This document shows, one piece after another, positions 38,105 to 50,676 of a stretch of DNA of 64,000 nucleotides. This DNA comes from Blepharisma stoltei ATCC 30299. Lineage: Eukaryota > Protista > Ciliophora. The position numbers and the translations under genes were made by a program. The notes beneath the pieces were generated by a model. It was not told the origin of the DNA. It ran no database searches and was given only the letters and a program-made list of their open reading frames with translations. Within the stretch, counting starts at the first letter, position 1; each line of letters opens with the position of its first letter. The stretch covers positions 310,001-374,000 of the forward strand of contig CBFDEM010000046.1 in assembly GCA_965603825.1 (NCBI GenBank). The letters are read 5' to 3'.

Positions 38105-38911
38105 ATGAGTCAAAATAGAAAGAAAATTTCATTGTCACAAAAAATAGATGATTCAGAAGTCTCCTTTGTAGAATCTAAAAAAGCTTCTAAAACAATTATT
38201 CAATCTCTACTTAGAGCAGGAAGAAATCTTTCTAAAATTCATGATCGATTGATATCTCAAAGACCTCATGAAGTTTCCAAAATTATCAGGTCTCACAAAG
38301 CAGTTAATGAAGAAGAAATAGAAATCTTAAAAGTAAAAATTGTCCCAAAAGCAATGATTAATGAAGGAACTCAGATGGATTTTAATTTCACTAGAGATGA
38401 TGAATCGAAAAGTGAGATAGATAAAGCTGATACAAATGTCAAGGAAATACTTAAAGAATCATCTCCTATTGAATTTGAAAATCCGATTTTAAAGAAATGA
38501 TCAGACCAAACATTTTATCGAAACCCTCAAGAGCAAGAGAGCAATGAACTTTTTGAAAAAATAGGAAATTGAGATGAAAATTACATCATTTATCCTAAAA
38601 GTAGACTATATAAGGATATTTCAGCGAATTTAGGAAGGCCTTCTTTGCTTAAGTTGCATAGGCAAAACAAAGAGAGGCTTTATAATTTTCGACATAAGGC
38701 ACATAGAAGAGCTTCAAGTGTAAATTCTGGCCAAAACTTTCCAGAAGTTAAAAACAAGGAGAGATTTTCAACAAAAGATAAGAACACAAAATTAAGAGAA
38801 GACCGAAGCATTTGGCAATATAAACCGGTTGATGCAGGAATTTTCGACTATGAAAAACTTCTAAATAAGAATAGGCGATCATCAACTCCTTTTATATCAT
38901 CAAGAATGTAA
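38105..38911 (+). CDS. hypothetical protein
   Basis: Two track ORFs joined in frame via two TGA=W. Confidence 0.65.
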
Positions 38912-39011
38912 TTTAAAATTTTAATTCTCGTTAGATTTATTGCTGTGCATTTTGGCTTGAAAATTTAATTCCCTAATAAATATGACTAAATATTTTTGAG
39001 GCTCATAATCA

Positions 39012-39071
39012 TTTTTATGATGAACTCTATCCGCGCTTCTGATATCATGATGCGACTTAGGGCTGAATCTT
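39012..39071 (+). ncRNA. box C/D snoRNA candidate 1
   Basis: C ATGATGA 39017-23, D' CTGA 39039-42, C' ATGATG 39047-52, D CTGA 39063-66. The D' guide TATCCGCGCTT pairs over 11 bp (one G:U) with the conserved LSU rRNA sequence AAGCGCGGGUA. Confidence 0.75.
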
Positions 39072-39082
39072 TATGATATAAA

Positions 39083-39146
39083 TTCTTATGATGATACAAT
39101 CCGTGTTTTTGATATCCAATGATAACACCTTTTTGACTGATTCATA
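39083..39146 (+). ncRNA. box C/D snoRNA candidate 2 (U18/snR18-like guide)
   Basis: C ATGATGA 39088-94; guide TCCGTGTTT is complementary to LSU AAACACGGA; D' TTGA 39109-12, C' ATGATAA 39119-25, D CTGA 39137-40. Confidence 0.75.
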
Positions 39147-39627
39147 AAAATTACTTAAGTTGGCTTTTGCTTAAAATAGACCTCATTCTATTTTTTTATT
39201 AGTTTTTCTTTACTGTATTGACTCTACTTAAAACTAAAATAGCTCTTAAGAGCTGCTATAGCGTTTAAGCATTATAAGTGATGCAAATACTTATGAATTT
39301 CCTTTTACTGAATAAGTATTTTTCTAACCAATTAGACCAATAGATTAATTATTCTGTGTAGCTTGATTAGCACTTCTCCTTTGCAATCAATAGGTAAAAG
39401 ATTAATTTTATATTGTATAACTGGCTATTAAGTACTTTGTAAAAATTCCTCAATCACTTTGATCCTTATTGAGGCATTTTGTGACATCATCCTAATTAAC
39501 ACTATATATCAATTAGAAAAGAACAAAAATAAACACAAAAATGCCTTTGATAGTAAATTAAACACAAATAAGAATTAAAGCTCCTTTCTAGGCGTGATTA
39601 AATAATACTAATAATTCGGATTTTATA

Positions 39628-41079
39628 ATGAAATATCTGATAGTCATTGCAAGCTTCATAATCTTGGCGAGTGGAGTCTATACTGGAGCAAGTTTTGGGT
39701 TCACTGAAGAAGCAGCAGAGAACTTCAAGAACAATGTGCTCCCTTATATCTTTTCTAAGCAAGAGAATATACAGCTCCCAAATCAGCACATTAATACAGG
39801 GCGAGGGGTATTCAAAGTAACCTTTTCTATCACTGAAACCTACATTTATGATCTGAATATGGACGTTACTAACAGCAAAGTAAATTTCGGGAGCAATAAT
39901 GACATTATTTTGAATATCGCAGATCTCTCAGAAAAAGTGAGATTTACTTGGTCATATGATAGCAACTTAGGCTCAGATAAAGGTTTTGCAATTGTTAGTC
40001 TCGCAGATACCTTAGCAACCACAATAATCCACCTTTCGGCAGAAAATGGGAGACCTGTTGTCTCTATTACTGAAATGACTTTGAAAATTGGAAATCTCGA
40101 CGTGAAATTCAGTGGAAACACTTCAGCGGACGTTGCAAACTGGCTTGTAGGGATTCTCAATCAGCAAATGATAGCTTTGATAGAAAAGTTGACTTCAGAT
40201 AGCTTAAAAGATGCAATTGACACTGAGCTAAACCAATATTTGTCCTCCCTCGATCTTACAATTGACATAGGCGGAATAGGCCTCGCAATAAATTATACCT
40301 TGCCATATCCTCCAATTGTGACAGAAAACTTTATACAAGTAGACACCTTAGGCTTAATAGTCCTCAAAAGCAACCCAAACCTTTCTCCTCCAATTGATCC
40401 ACCAGTGCAGCTTCCTGGTTTCCAAGAAACTGGCTTACAAATCCAAGCATATATCACGGATTACACCTTTAATTCAGGATTTTATGCTGCATATCAATCA
40501 GGAAGCCTTTCTACAGTCATCACTCAAAGTGATCTCCCATCTCAAATCAAATTGACAACTACATTTCTTAATGATTTCCTCCCTGGGATTGTAAAAGTAT
40601 ATGGCCCAAATAAGCCTTGCCAATTGAATTGTTCAGCCACAGAAGCTCCAGTTGTGCATACTCAGAGCTCAAATAAGCTGTTTCCACATGGGCAAATTGT
40701 AGGAGCAATCGTGACTGGGTGTTCTGTTGTGGTGATCAATCAAGGAACTGCAGTGGAGCTTGATATGAACTTGGATTTTAATGCAACTTTGTATATTGAT
40801 AATTGGGTGCTGAATGGAGATTTGTCATGGATGCAAGTTACTAGCTTAAAAGCTGTCAATAATAATATTGATCCAATTGACACAGAAGGCCTGATGGATG
40901 GGATTAATTTCTTATTGAATATGACTCTACCAACTCTTAACCAAAGAATTTTTGGGCAAGGCCTTCCTCTTCCAAAGTCGCAATATGTTAATCTTACGAT
41001 GTCAGATGTTACAGTTGAAAATGGATATACTTATATTCAATCAACGCCTCAATATAACTTTACGGATAATGAAAATTAA
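39628..41079 (+). CDS. BPI/LBP/CETP (TULIP) lipid-binding protein, secreted
   Basis: Signal peptide; about 480 aa two-domain layout, ITDYTFNSGFYA, P.LN..F.QGLPLP C-terminal pattern. Confidence 0.82.
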   Translation: MKYLIVIASFIILASGVYTGASFGFTEEAAENFKNNVLPYIFSKQENIQLPNQHINTGRGVFKVTFSITETYIYDLNMDVTNSKVNFGSNNDIILNIADLSEKVRFTWSYDSNLGSDKGFAIVSLADTLATTIIHLSAENGRPVVSITEMTLKIGNLDVKFSGNTSADVANWLVGILNQQMIALIEKLTSDSLKDAIDTELNQYLSSLDLTIDIGGIGLAINYTLPYPPIVTENFIQVDTLGLIVLKSNPNLSPPIDPPVQLPGFQETGLQIQAYITDYTFNSGFYAAYQSGSLSTVITQSDLPSQIKLTTTFLNDFLPGIVKVYGPNKPCQLNCSATEAPVVHTQSSNKLFPHGQIVGAIVTGCSVVVINQGTAVELDMNLDFNATLYIDNWVLNGDLSWMQVTSLKAVNNNIDPIDTEGLMDGINFLLNMTLPTLNQRIFGQGLPLPKSQYVNLTMSDVTVENGYTYIQSTPQYNFTDNEN

Positions 41080-41696
41080 GAATCAAAATAGAATAGTCTT
41101 ATATATAAATTACAATGATGAAAAAGTAGAATGTTCTTCATATCAGTCCCTTAATAGTTATTATTACATTAGTAGTGTGATATTCAATAAAATATTTTAT
41201 TTTAGGAATCTGAAATAGTAATATTTTGACATATTCGATTGATCTTGATTCTGCCTCTGCAATTTTTATGATTCGAAAAGATTAAAAGAATCTTGATAAA
41301 AGAGGAGATTATTTATTATTAAGTTTAAAAAGGATTGATCAAAATGAGTATGCTTAAACACTCGATAGTTTGTAGAGGCCCTCATTAAGTGTTAACTTAT
41401 ATAATAAAAAAAGGATCTATAATGCATCAATGCCAAATAAGAGATATTGTAAGATTGATTTAAAAGGAAAAATAAAATCAGCTCTGATAAAAGAGATGCA
41501 TTTTAATATTTTGATATCTAATAAAAACATAATTTAAGTGCATTTATATGCACTAATTTAATATAATCTAATATTGCGTAGCAATATTTTAAAATAAGAA
41601 AAGCAAAATTATTAAATTCTTTGTCTGCCAAACATTTCGAACATCCATTAGAGTCAAATATTAAAATAATGGAACATTTACATAAAAATAGCTTGT

Positions 41697-42263
41697 ATGG
41701 ATCAAAGCCGGTATTCTTTATGAAGAAATTTCCGATTTAAATATTTAGTGATTGGAGAGTACTCTGTTGGAAAAACAAAAATACTGAATCGCTTTTAGTT
41801 TCGACAGAAAGCCGCCATATTTTAGTTCTTTGATCAATGTGATCTGATTCTGTAATTTATATGTTAGAAAGTCAGGAAACTAAAATATCGTGAATATGGG
41901 ATAATATTAAACATTTGAGATACTGGAGGGCTAGAAAGGTATAAGAATTTGCCTCCTATATATTACAAAAGTGCTAATGGAATTTTTGTTGTCTTTGATC
42001 TAGCCAACAGGAATTCTTTTTTCAATGTTAAACAATGAATAAAGGATATAGAAGAATTTTCAAATATTAGTCTTGCAATTTTAATAGGGAATAAATCGGA
42101 TCTCATAAACCAAAGAGAAATTTCATTTGAAGAAGCTAAAGACTTTGCAGATGAGTTAAATATTCCTTATTTAGAAGTTTCGGCAAAAAATGGTAACAAT
42201 ATTAATGCAGCATTCGAAGCTTTATTTAATGTAGCGCTTAGCAATTTTAATTCTCATAGATAA
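41697..42263 (+). pseudogene. Rab1-like small GTPase, copy 1 (disrupted)
   Basis: VIGEYSVGKT, I[W]DTGGLERY, GNKSD, EVSAK; intron-like 41711-41725 and 41852-41867; in-frame TAG 41796-41798 plus a frame offset before intron 2; no C-terminal Cys. Confidence 0.8.
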
Positions 42264-42420
42264 GTTGATGTTTACCAATGAAATATTTTATATATATAGA
42301 CAACTTTTTTTAAATGTTATTCTGTTTTAACTAAAAACATTAAATTCTTTGCCAAAATTTCGAGCATGCATTAGAGTTAAGCTATTAAAATAACGAAAAA
42401 ATTATATAAAAATAGCTTAC

Positions 42421-42981
42421 ATGGATCAAAACTGGTATTCTTTATGAAGGGATTTCCGTTTTAATTTTTTAGTGATTGGAGAATGCTCTGTTGGAAAAAC
42501 AAAAATATTGCTTCGCTTTGTAGAAAATCAATTTGAAGTTCCTTGACTTGGATCAGTTGAATTTGATTTTGTAATTTATATGTAAGAGAGTCAAGAAACT
42601 AAAATGTTGTGATTATGCGATAAAATTACTCATTTGAGATACAATAGGGCAAGAAAGATATCGGAATTTGTCTCCTAGATATTACAAAAGTGCTAACGGA
42701 ATTTTTGTTGTCTTTGATCTAACCAACAGGAATTCTTTTTTAAATGTTAAAAGATGATTAAAGAATATAGAAGAATTTTCAAATACTAGTCTTGCAATTT
42801 AATAGGGAATAAATCGGATCTCATATGTCAAAGAGAAATTTCGTTTGAAGAAGCTAAAGACTTTGCAGATGAGTTAAATATTCCTTATTTAGAAGTTTCG
42901 GCAAAGAATGGCTACAATATTAACGCAGCATTTGAAACATTAATTAATGTAGCGCTTAAAAGCTTTAATTCTCATAGATAA
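42421..42981 (+). pseudogene. Rab1-like small GTPase, copy 2 (frameshifted)
   Basis: VIGECSVGKT, I[W]DTIGQERY; introns 42435-42449 and 42571-42586; a 1-nt deletion relative to copy 1 gives TAA 42800-42802 just before GNKSD. Confidence 0.78.
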
Positions 42982-43450
42982 ATTGATGTTTACCAATAAA
43001 ATATTCGTATATAGAATTGTTTTAACTAAGATCCATTTAGAGTTCAATTGAGTCTAATTTTTCAAAGTGGAGATTTGGGCTCTCAATATATATTAGCTCT
43101 GAGAGTATGCATGAATATATTTATGAATGGTCTAAACCTTATTCGAAAATTTCTCCATTAGTTAAAAGTGATATTAAATATTCTTAATAAAAAATTCTTT
43201 TTTATTAGGTTTGACTTTGAAAATTGTCATCCCTAAAGAAGACAACCGATGTAAAAAATATTTATATAAAAAGCAGATATAATTGATTCATTTGATACTG
43301 AGATTTTTTAAAGCAATCCTCCTGCGGTGACTAGGAAAAAAATGCAGCTAAAGGTAAAATGGTTTTAATTTAATTAAGAAACGTCAGTTATTTTTATTAA
43401 TCTTTGAAATCCTTATTTAATCATAACAGTCTAACGACATAATTTTAAAG

Positions 43451-46390
43451 ATGAACATTGAATCATCGCCAGCATGAACAATAGGAGAAAAATCTCCACC
43501 TCCAAAAGTTGATGACACTCCTGGACCTGGGGCATACAATATTGATGCAGCTATTAATAGACCTAAATCAGCTCCGTGTATAAATAAAGCAGAAAGATTC
43601 AAAGTAATGAAGCCTGACTGCGAAATTGGGCCAGGAGCTTATGAGATAAGGTCTCGATCTGAGAGTCCAACATACAAATTTGGGATAGAGAAAAAACATA
43701 AAGAAAGGCGAAGCAGCGTTCCTGGTCCAGGGGCGTACAATATAGAAACGCCTTCAAAAAGATTGAGCTCAGCTTATAGCATTAATAAGGGAGAAAGGTT
43801 TAAGGACACCATTAAAGATATTCCTGGTCCTGGATCTTATGATCCAAATCACCCTCAAAGCAAGGCTGGCTTTTGAATGAGCAAGGGAGAAAGATGCACA
43901 TTTAAAGTATCAAACTCCCAAGCTGTTTACGATGCATCAGTCTCAGCAAGAGAACTCAGCAGCTCTCCAGGCCCAGGCCAATATGATAAAGTCTTTTCAT
44001 ACACCAAGCCAGTCTCATTCAAGTTTGGAAACGAAGACCGTTTTGCAGAAAAGAGCAATCAAGAAATTCCAGGGCCTGGATCATATGAGATTAAAGTTCG
44101 ACATGAAAGTCCTACTTATCAATTTGGGAGCGACAAAAAGCACCAAACATTTACAACTGATTCTCCAGGACCTGGAGCCTATGAAGTGAAGCTTAGAACA
44201 AGCAGTCCTTCATTTAAGTTTAGTAACGAAAAAAAGTCTAAGGAAGAGAAGGCAAATCCTCTTGGCCCTGGCGCTTATGAAGCCAAAAGAAGCTACGAAG
44301 CACCAGTTTATAGATTTGGAAATGAGGCTAAACATAAAGACTTAAAGAGCGACATTCCAGGACCTGGGACTTACAATTTGGAGCAAAATTTGGTAAAGTC
44401 ATCGTCAAGCCCTGCATTAAGCAAAGCAGATAGGTTTAGACCTGAAAAAGGGCTTGAAGTTGGCCCAGGATCATATGACCCTCGTTATCCAGAAAGCAAG
44501 TCCAGGGTTTTCTTTGGCAGCGAACAAAGAGGAAAGTCAGATAAAATTTCATCATCTGTATCATGCAGCAATTTACCAAGGGAAGTTGATGGACTTCCTG
44601 GTCCAGGCCAATACTATAAAGATGACAACATGAATAAGACAGTAACATATTCGTTTGGTAGCGGAGAAAGATTCAAAGAAAATAGATCTTCAACCCCTGG
44701 GCCTGGGACATATAGTCATGAAAAGCCGAGAGATGGAAGTCCCAATTATCACTTCGGAAACGAGCCAAAGCACAAATTCAAAGCTCTTGACACTCCAGGT
44801 CCTGGCTCTTATGATATGAAGCTTAAAACAGAAAGTCCAAACTTTAAGTTTGGGATTGAAAAAAGAAGCAAAGAACTACCTGAGAGCCATATTGGCCCAG
44901 GAATGTATTATTATGAATTAAACACCAGTACTCCTACCTATAAATTTGGAAATGAATCAAAACATAAAGAAATAAGAACAAACGCTCCAGGGCCTGGAAG
45001 CTATGATGTAAAAGCAGTCTTGCAGACTCCAACAGCCAAATTTGGAATGGAGCCAAGAGATAAGCAGCCTGTCAGCCAGTCTCCAGGGCCAGGAGCATAT
45101 GATGCAAAATTAAGGACAGAAAGCCCTTCCTTTAAATTTGGAAGTGAGAAAAAAGGGAAAGCCAACAAAGAAACTCTTGATCAAATCGGGCCTGGAAGCT
45201 ACGATGTCAAGCTTAAATCAGATAACCCAACCTATAAATTCAGCAACGAGCCAAAGCATAAAGAGCTAAAATCTGGCATCCCTGGGCCTGGAAGTTACGA
45301 CGTGAAAGAGAAAAAAGATATCCCCAACGTCAAATTCAGTAATGATCCAAGAGACAAAGTAAAACCTTCAGATGTGCCAGGTCCTGGGTCTTATGATGTA
45401 AAACTGAGAAATGAAAGCCCAAACTTTAAATTTGGCAGCGAGAAGCGAGGGAGACAAAAGGAAAGTGACTCGCTAGGACCAGGATCCTATGATTTAAAAA
45501 TCAGCTCACAAAACCCTACATATCGGTTTGGGCAAGAAAGTAAGCACAAGGATATCGTATCTGACTCGCCTGGCCCAGGTGCTTACGGAATAAAAGAAAG
45601 AAACTCAAGTCCTATAATAGTTTTTGGAAAGGAGTCGAAAGATAAAAGGCAAATTTCGGACTCTCCAGGGCCAGGAGCATATGATGCCAAGCTTAAAAAA
45701 GAAAGCCCTACCTTTAAATTTGGCCAGGAAAGCCGAGATAAGCTGTTTAAAAATGATAAGCACGCAGTTAACATTGGCTATTATGATTTGCCTTCCACAT
45801 TCAGCAAAACTGGCCCTATCTTATTAGGAAGAAAAGCAGAAAAGCATGACAACTCAGTGCCAGGCCCAGGCTCATATGATGTGAAGCTAAAAAGCAGCAC
45901 AATCACAAATTCTATATCAAAATCCCCAAGGTTTATTGTCAAAAAAGACGATAACCCAGGACCAGGAGCTTATGATGCTAAAAAGCGATCATCAACTCCA
46001 AATACAGTTTTTGGGAAATCTTCAGATTTAGGCAAAAATCTTACAAAGTATTATACCCCTGTAAAATTAAGCAAATCATCAGTCTCGTCAAGAGCTGAAC
46101 AAACCCCTCAGTCTTCTCAAGTAAACAAGCAAACTGACTATTCAACTCCTCAAAAGCCAAGATCTTCATCAGTTGGTGTGAAACAGAGACTTGCATTTAC
46201 TCCTAATGAAAAATCAGCTGGAGAAATACCTGGCCCAGGGATGTATCTTGTGAAATTAGCTAGTAACAGCCCTTGCTATACATTTGGAAGAGAGCAGAGG
46301 CACAAGAATATTGAAAGCGGTGTTCCAGGACCTGGACAGTATGAACTTAAGAGCACAATTCCTAATGTAGCTTCATACCCCCTAAGATAA
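43451..46390 (+). CDS. SHIPPO/ODF3-type PGPGxY repeat protein (microtubule-associated)
   Basis: About 26 (P/I/L/V)GPGxY repeats at ~32-aa spacing; TGA=W near the start and at 43874. Confidence 0.9.
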
Positions 46391-46510
46391 GTTATCAGTT
46401 TTCATAAAATCTTTAAGTAATTTTATCACAAATTGCTAGAACTAGTTTTCAGTAGGAATTTTATAGAATCATTATTATTCTTAAAAAATTTTTGTCATTT
46501 ATTTCTAAAT

Positions 46511-47368
46511 ATGGACCTTGACAAATACGAAGCTCTTATTTTAGATTGTGATGGAGTCCTGTGAAAAGGTCCAAATCAAATTCCAGGTAGCTTTGAAGCT
46601 TTACAAAGACTTCATGCAACAGGCAAAAAGATATTTTTCCTCACTAACAACCCTGCTAAAACTCCTGAAGATGTAATCGAATGAATGCAGAGATTCGGCT
46701 ACGAAGCTTCTCCCAGACAAATTTATTGTTCAGGAATGGCGGTTGGCTCATATTTAAAAATTCATTATCCTCTCACAAACAAAATTTACCTAATCGGTTC
46801 AGAGCAATTCAGATCTCAGCTCACGAGGCAAGGATTTCAAGTGTGGCATGCAGTTGATTTTCAGAACTATCGTTTGTCAGCTGATGATTTAGAAAGACTT
46901 GTGAGTGACTACCCAATCGATGCAGTTGTTGTTGGCCATGACACTAGATTTACCTATATGTCAAGTGTTTATGGGGCTGTTTTCATTCAAAATGGAGCAA
47001 AATTTCTTGCAGCGAGTGATGACCCTTATTTTGTAATGGAGAAAGGAAATAATATTCCTGGCTGCGGGACTTTGACGACTTTTATGGAAACTGCGACACA
47101 GATGAAGGTTGAAGTTGTGGGGAAGCCAAAGACATTTATGCTGGACTTAATATTGCAAGATAATAATTTGTCAAAGGAAAAAATTATTATGATAGGGGAT
47201 TCTATGAGCACAGACATAAGGATGGGGCATAATGCATGCATTGACACTTTGCTAGTTTTATCAGGGACGTCATCTAGAGAAGATTTGCCAAACTATGAAT
47301 ATTCGCCTACTTTTATTTATCCTGATCTCCAGTCTGTGGTTGCAGCGGATTATATAATGCTCAATTAA
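46511..47368 (+). CDS. HAD class IIA phosphatase (PGP/PHO13/NagD-like)
   Basis: ILDCDGVL[W]KG, FLTNN, VGKPK, MIGDSMSTDI.MG, LLVLSG. Confidence 0.92.
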
Positions 47369-47562
47369 TAGAATCAGTATAAATATTGATAGCTTTAAGG
47401 AAAAAAATTTCAATTTGTTTTTTCTTTTAATATATTATAAGCTAAATATAATTGCATGAATTAAGTTAGAGTCTCTTCATTTGCCTTTTTTTTAAAAATC
47501 TTTGAGACCTTAGTCATTCTAGTTTATTCCATTTTGAATTTTCATGACTCTATCAAATATAA

Positions 47563-48834
47563 ATGGGCCTATATCAGGAAGCATCAATCTACATATGTGG
47601 TCTGGTCGTTTGTGCTGCTTTTACAGTAATAAGCCCTTTTTACCCTAAAGCAGCTCAGTCAAAAGGCGTTCCTTTTTGAGTCACAGGTGTTGTTTTCAGC
47701 CTTGTCCCAATTTTCGCGCTGCTCTCTTCACTGGTATTAGGAAGTTTCCTCTACAAGCTAGGCAGAAGAACGTGCTTTGTCTCAGGTATTGTTCTGGTGG
47801 GGATTTCAAACATTCTGATAAGCTTAATTGTGTTTGGAGATACAGCTTCAGTGATTTTTTTTAGCTTTTTATCAAGAATTTTGGCAGGAATTGGATCAGC
47901 TTTTAGCATGACTTCTGGATATGCAATTTTGACTAGTGAAAACACTGAGGATGTTCAAAAAACAGTCGCCAAAATGGAAGCTTTTTGCGGACTTGGGCTG
48001 ATTGCAGGGCCACTTATTGGGTCTGGACTTTTTGCAGCTGGCGGTATTTTTATATCATTCTTATTAGTCGGGATAATATTGATTATATATGCTCCTTTAG
48101 GAGGATTTTTACTAGGTAAAACAAAACCTTACGTATTATCTGAGGACAAAATCAATATTATAGAGATTCTGATAAAACCGAAAATAATGCTAGATGCGCT
48201 TTGCCAAGCTTGTATTATGTTTACACTTGGCTTTATAGCTCCCTCTCTTGAGCTGCATATTTTAAACTTTGACATAGAAGAAGAATATGTAGGAGTTATT
48301 TATAGCGTTAATACCTTCACTTATGCCTTGAGCTGCTATCTTTTATCCTTTGTGCCACAGAAATATGACAAGAGAATAATGATGACCCTAGGACTGTTTA
48401 TGCTTTCTTTCGCATTTCTATTGATTGGCCCTTGTCCTTTTTTGCTACCACCAGAATTTTGAATTGTAGTATCATCATTGTTCTTTTTAGGAGTTGGAGG
48501 TGCCATGATATATGTGCCTTCATTGCCTAACATGATAGATAATGCACATAAGCGCTATGGATATGGAAAGGATGATAGACTGAACGACGCTCTATCAGGA
48601 ATTACAACGTTTTCTCTAAGTTTTGGAGAAATGTGCGGGCCAGGGACAGCTGGTTTTATGCTTTCATATTTGAATTTCCCTGAGTCTTCAACACTTATAG
48701 CGATTATAATCATGACATATTTTGTCATCTATCTGATTGGATCTGATTTGCTAGTTAAAGTGGCAAAACCTTTTAAAAGCAAGTTAGCTGGTGAGCAAGC
48801 CTTGATTGAGCTTAAAACACAAGATGATGAATAA
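47563..48834 (+). CDS. MFS transporter, SLC18B1-like
   Basis: ISPFYP..A..KG, KLGRR, SRILAGIGSA, E...GLG...GP.IG, GE..GP; TGA=W joins the fragments. Confidence 0.82.
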
Positions 48835-49251
48835 CTTATAAATAAGCTTTGAATGTAATATACTTCTTTCTAAGAATAGTCTACACTTAAAGAGCTTATA
48901 TATTTTTTTAAAGTGATCCATTGAAACACTAAAATCTTATTAGGATCTTATTAAATCGAAGTAAGCTGAAAAAGAAATTGAAAGTATTTTTTGTAAAGGA
49001 TGTACTGTTATGGAATAGAATTAATTTCATAATGTCAGAATTCTAGACTCGAATTACTAGCTAAAATTGTTATCTTAAATCTGGTATAGTAATTAAATTC
49101 GAATTTTTTTGTTTATATTTCATTTTTCTTAATTTTGAAAGTTTCTTATAGTGCTTGAATATTTTATTGATAATCTTTTTCAAGAGGTTTTTTTGATTTG
49201 AAGCAGTTAATTAAATAAAATGCAGGGTGATTGGATAATTAGCATTATTCA

Positions 49252-50676
49252 ATGATGACTATTTTAGAAGAGGAAGACTCTGAATCTTTTGATTCAAACC
49301 AAGGCACTCAAGAAAACCGCATGACCACAAAAGTTGCCCAATTGCGCCTAGAAGACAGCTTAAGCGGCGACACAAGCGAAGATCCAGAAAAAGCTACAAC
49401 AGATAGCATTTCTCGTCAAGACAGTATAAAAAGCTGGCATGAATTTAAATCTGAAGATTCTAGACGCGATTCCTTTGGAAAACCTGTAAAACCCAACAAC
49501 ATTGAGTTTCCATCATTGGTGAAAGGCCTTGATCTTGAAGGAAACCATTTCCAGCATAAGGACTCAGGATCTTCACGAGGAGGATCTATGGGAAGTGAAG
49601 GATCAAAAACATCTTTAGCAATGGCGAGGGCTGAGGTGAATGCTATGATGGACGCAAGCGAAAAAGCTGATAGACTAAGCGATTTAGATGAAGTGACTGG
49701 AAGACTATCTTTCTACTCACTTGACGAAAGCATGGTAAGCACAATAGGCTTAGGAGGAGCGGCTTCGCCTATGATTATGAAAAGAACTACATTAGAAATG
49801 ACTGATACATGAAATAAAATCATACAAAGCGACGAGCATGATGACCCTGAAGGTCTCTTACTTGCTGCTATTGGAAAAGGACCTGCAGAAGAAAATTCAA
49901 GCAAACCTTCCTTTTGGGAAAAAATCGGACTCAAAGATAGTAAAGACAGAGAGCATCAATGATATGCCCTAGCAGTAGAAGAATGGCATAGAGTGGAAGC
50001 TGAAGTAAAGCGGCTTAAGCTTGACAATGAAAGCTTAGCTATCGAAATTAAGCAGCTGGATGCCAAAGTTGTAGCAGCAACACAGAATACTAATGAGCTT
50101 GAAGAAAAATCTTTTCAAGTAAAGAAAAAAATAATTGATGAAAAAATGCAACTAGAATTAAAACTGGAAGCAAAAAACAGCGAAATTGACGAAGCATTCA
50201 GAACTCAAGAAGACCTCCTGCAGAGACTGCAAGAACTGAAGGATAATTACATATTGAGAGATATAGAGGAAGAAGAAAGAGAGGAAAGATGAATAATGAG
50301 AATTCAAGATTTAAGGTCACATCTAATTATCATCATGGATGAACGAACTCAGGCTGAGGCAGAATGCTTAAAAAATCAGGAATTACTAGAGGTTATGGAG
50401 TCTGAAAGGAGTGAACAAAACTGCCTAAATGAACAGATAGAGATATGCATTGAGTTATTGAATGAGTCTATGGAATTCTTTACCCAATCAAATCGTCATT
50501 TGAATTTTACTGCTGAATTTTGTGAGGTCTTAAAAAACTTAAGAGAAGCAACATTTGAAGCTATTGAAGCCGAAAAAGAGTTCAAAAGGGATGCCTTAAC
50601 AGATCCACGAACTATTATGCCGTACTCCAGGCAATCGGAATTTTTGCCAGGAGCTTCGACAAGGATTGAAAAATAG
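49252..50676 (+). CDS. hypothetical protein, acidic N-terminus plus coiled coil
   Basis: Three track ORFs joined in frame by TGA codons; ends at TAG. Confidence 0.72.

Larger units (their letters stand above)
41611..43012 (+). repeat. two-copy tandem duplication (~0.7 kb unit)
   Basis: Upstream ATTAAATTCTTTG..CATTAGAGT..AAAAATAGCTT, the coding region and downstream TTGATGTTTACCAAT are all repeated. Confidence 0.9.

Noticed and set aside
39241-39254. 14-bp palindrome AGCTCTTAAGAGCT
   Set aside because: Single occurrence with no supporting context.
41114-41213. ATGATGA...CTGA as a third snoRNA
   Set aside because: No internal D'/C' boxes or recognisable rRNA guide; such words are expected by chance in AT-rich DNA.
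41793-41827. TTTTAGTT direct repeats flanking 27 nt in Rab copy 1 as a retained IES
   Set aside because: Excision does not restore the frame or a match to copy 2, and the segment is very short.
43451-46390. Regular ~96-nt repeats as a CRISPR or satellite array
   Set aside because: The repeats are protein-level with synonymous variation inside one ORF.
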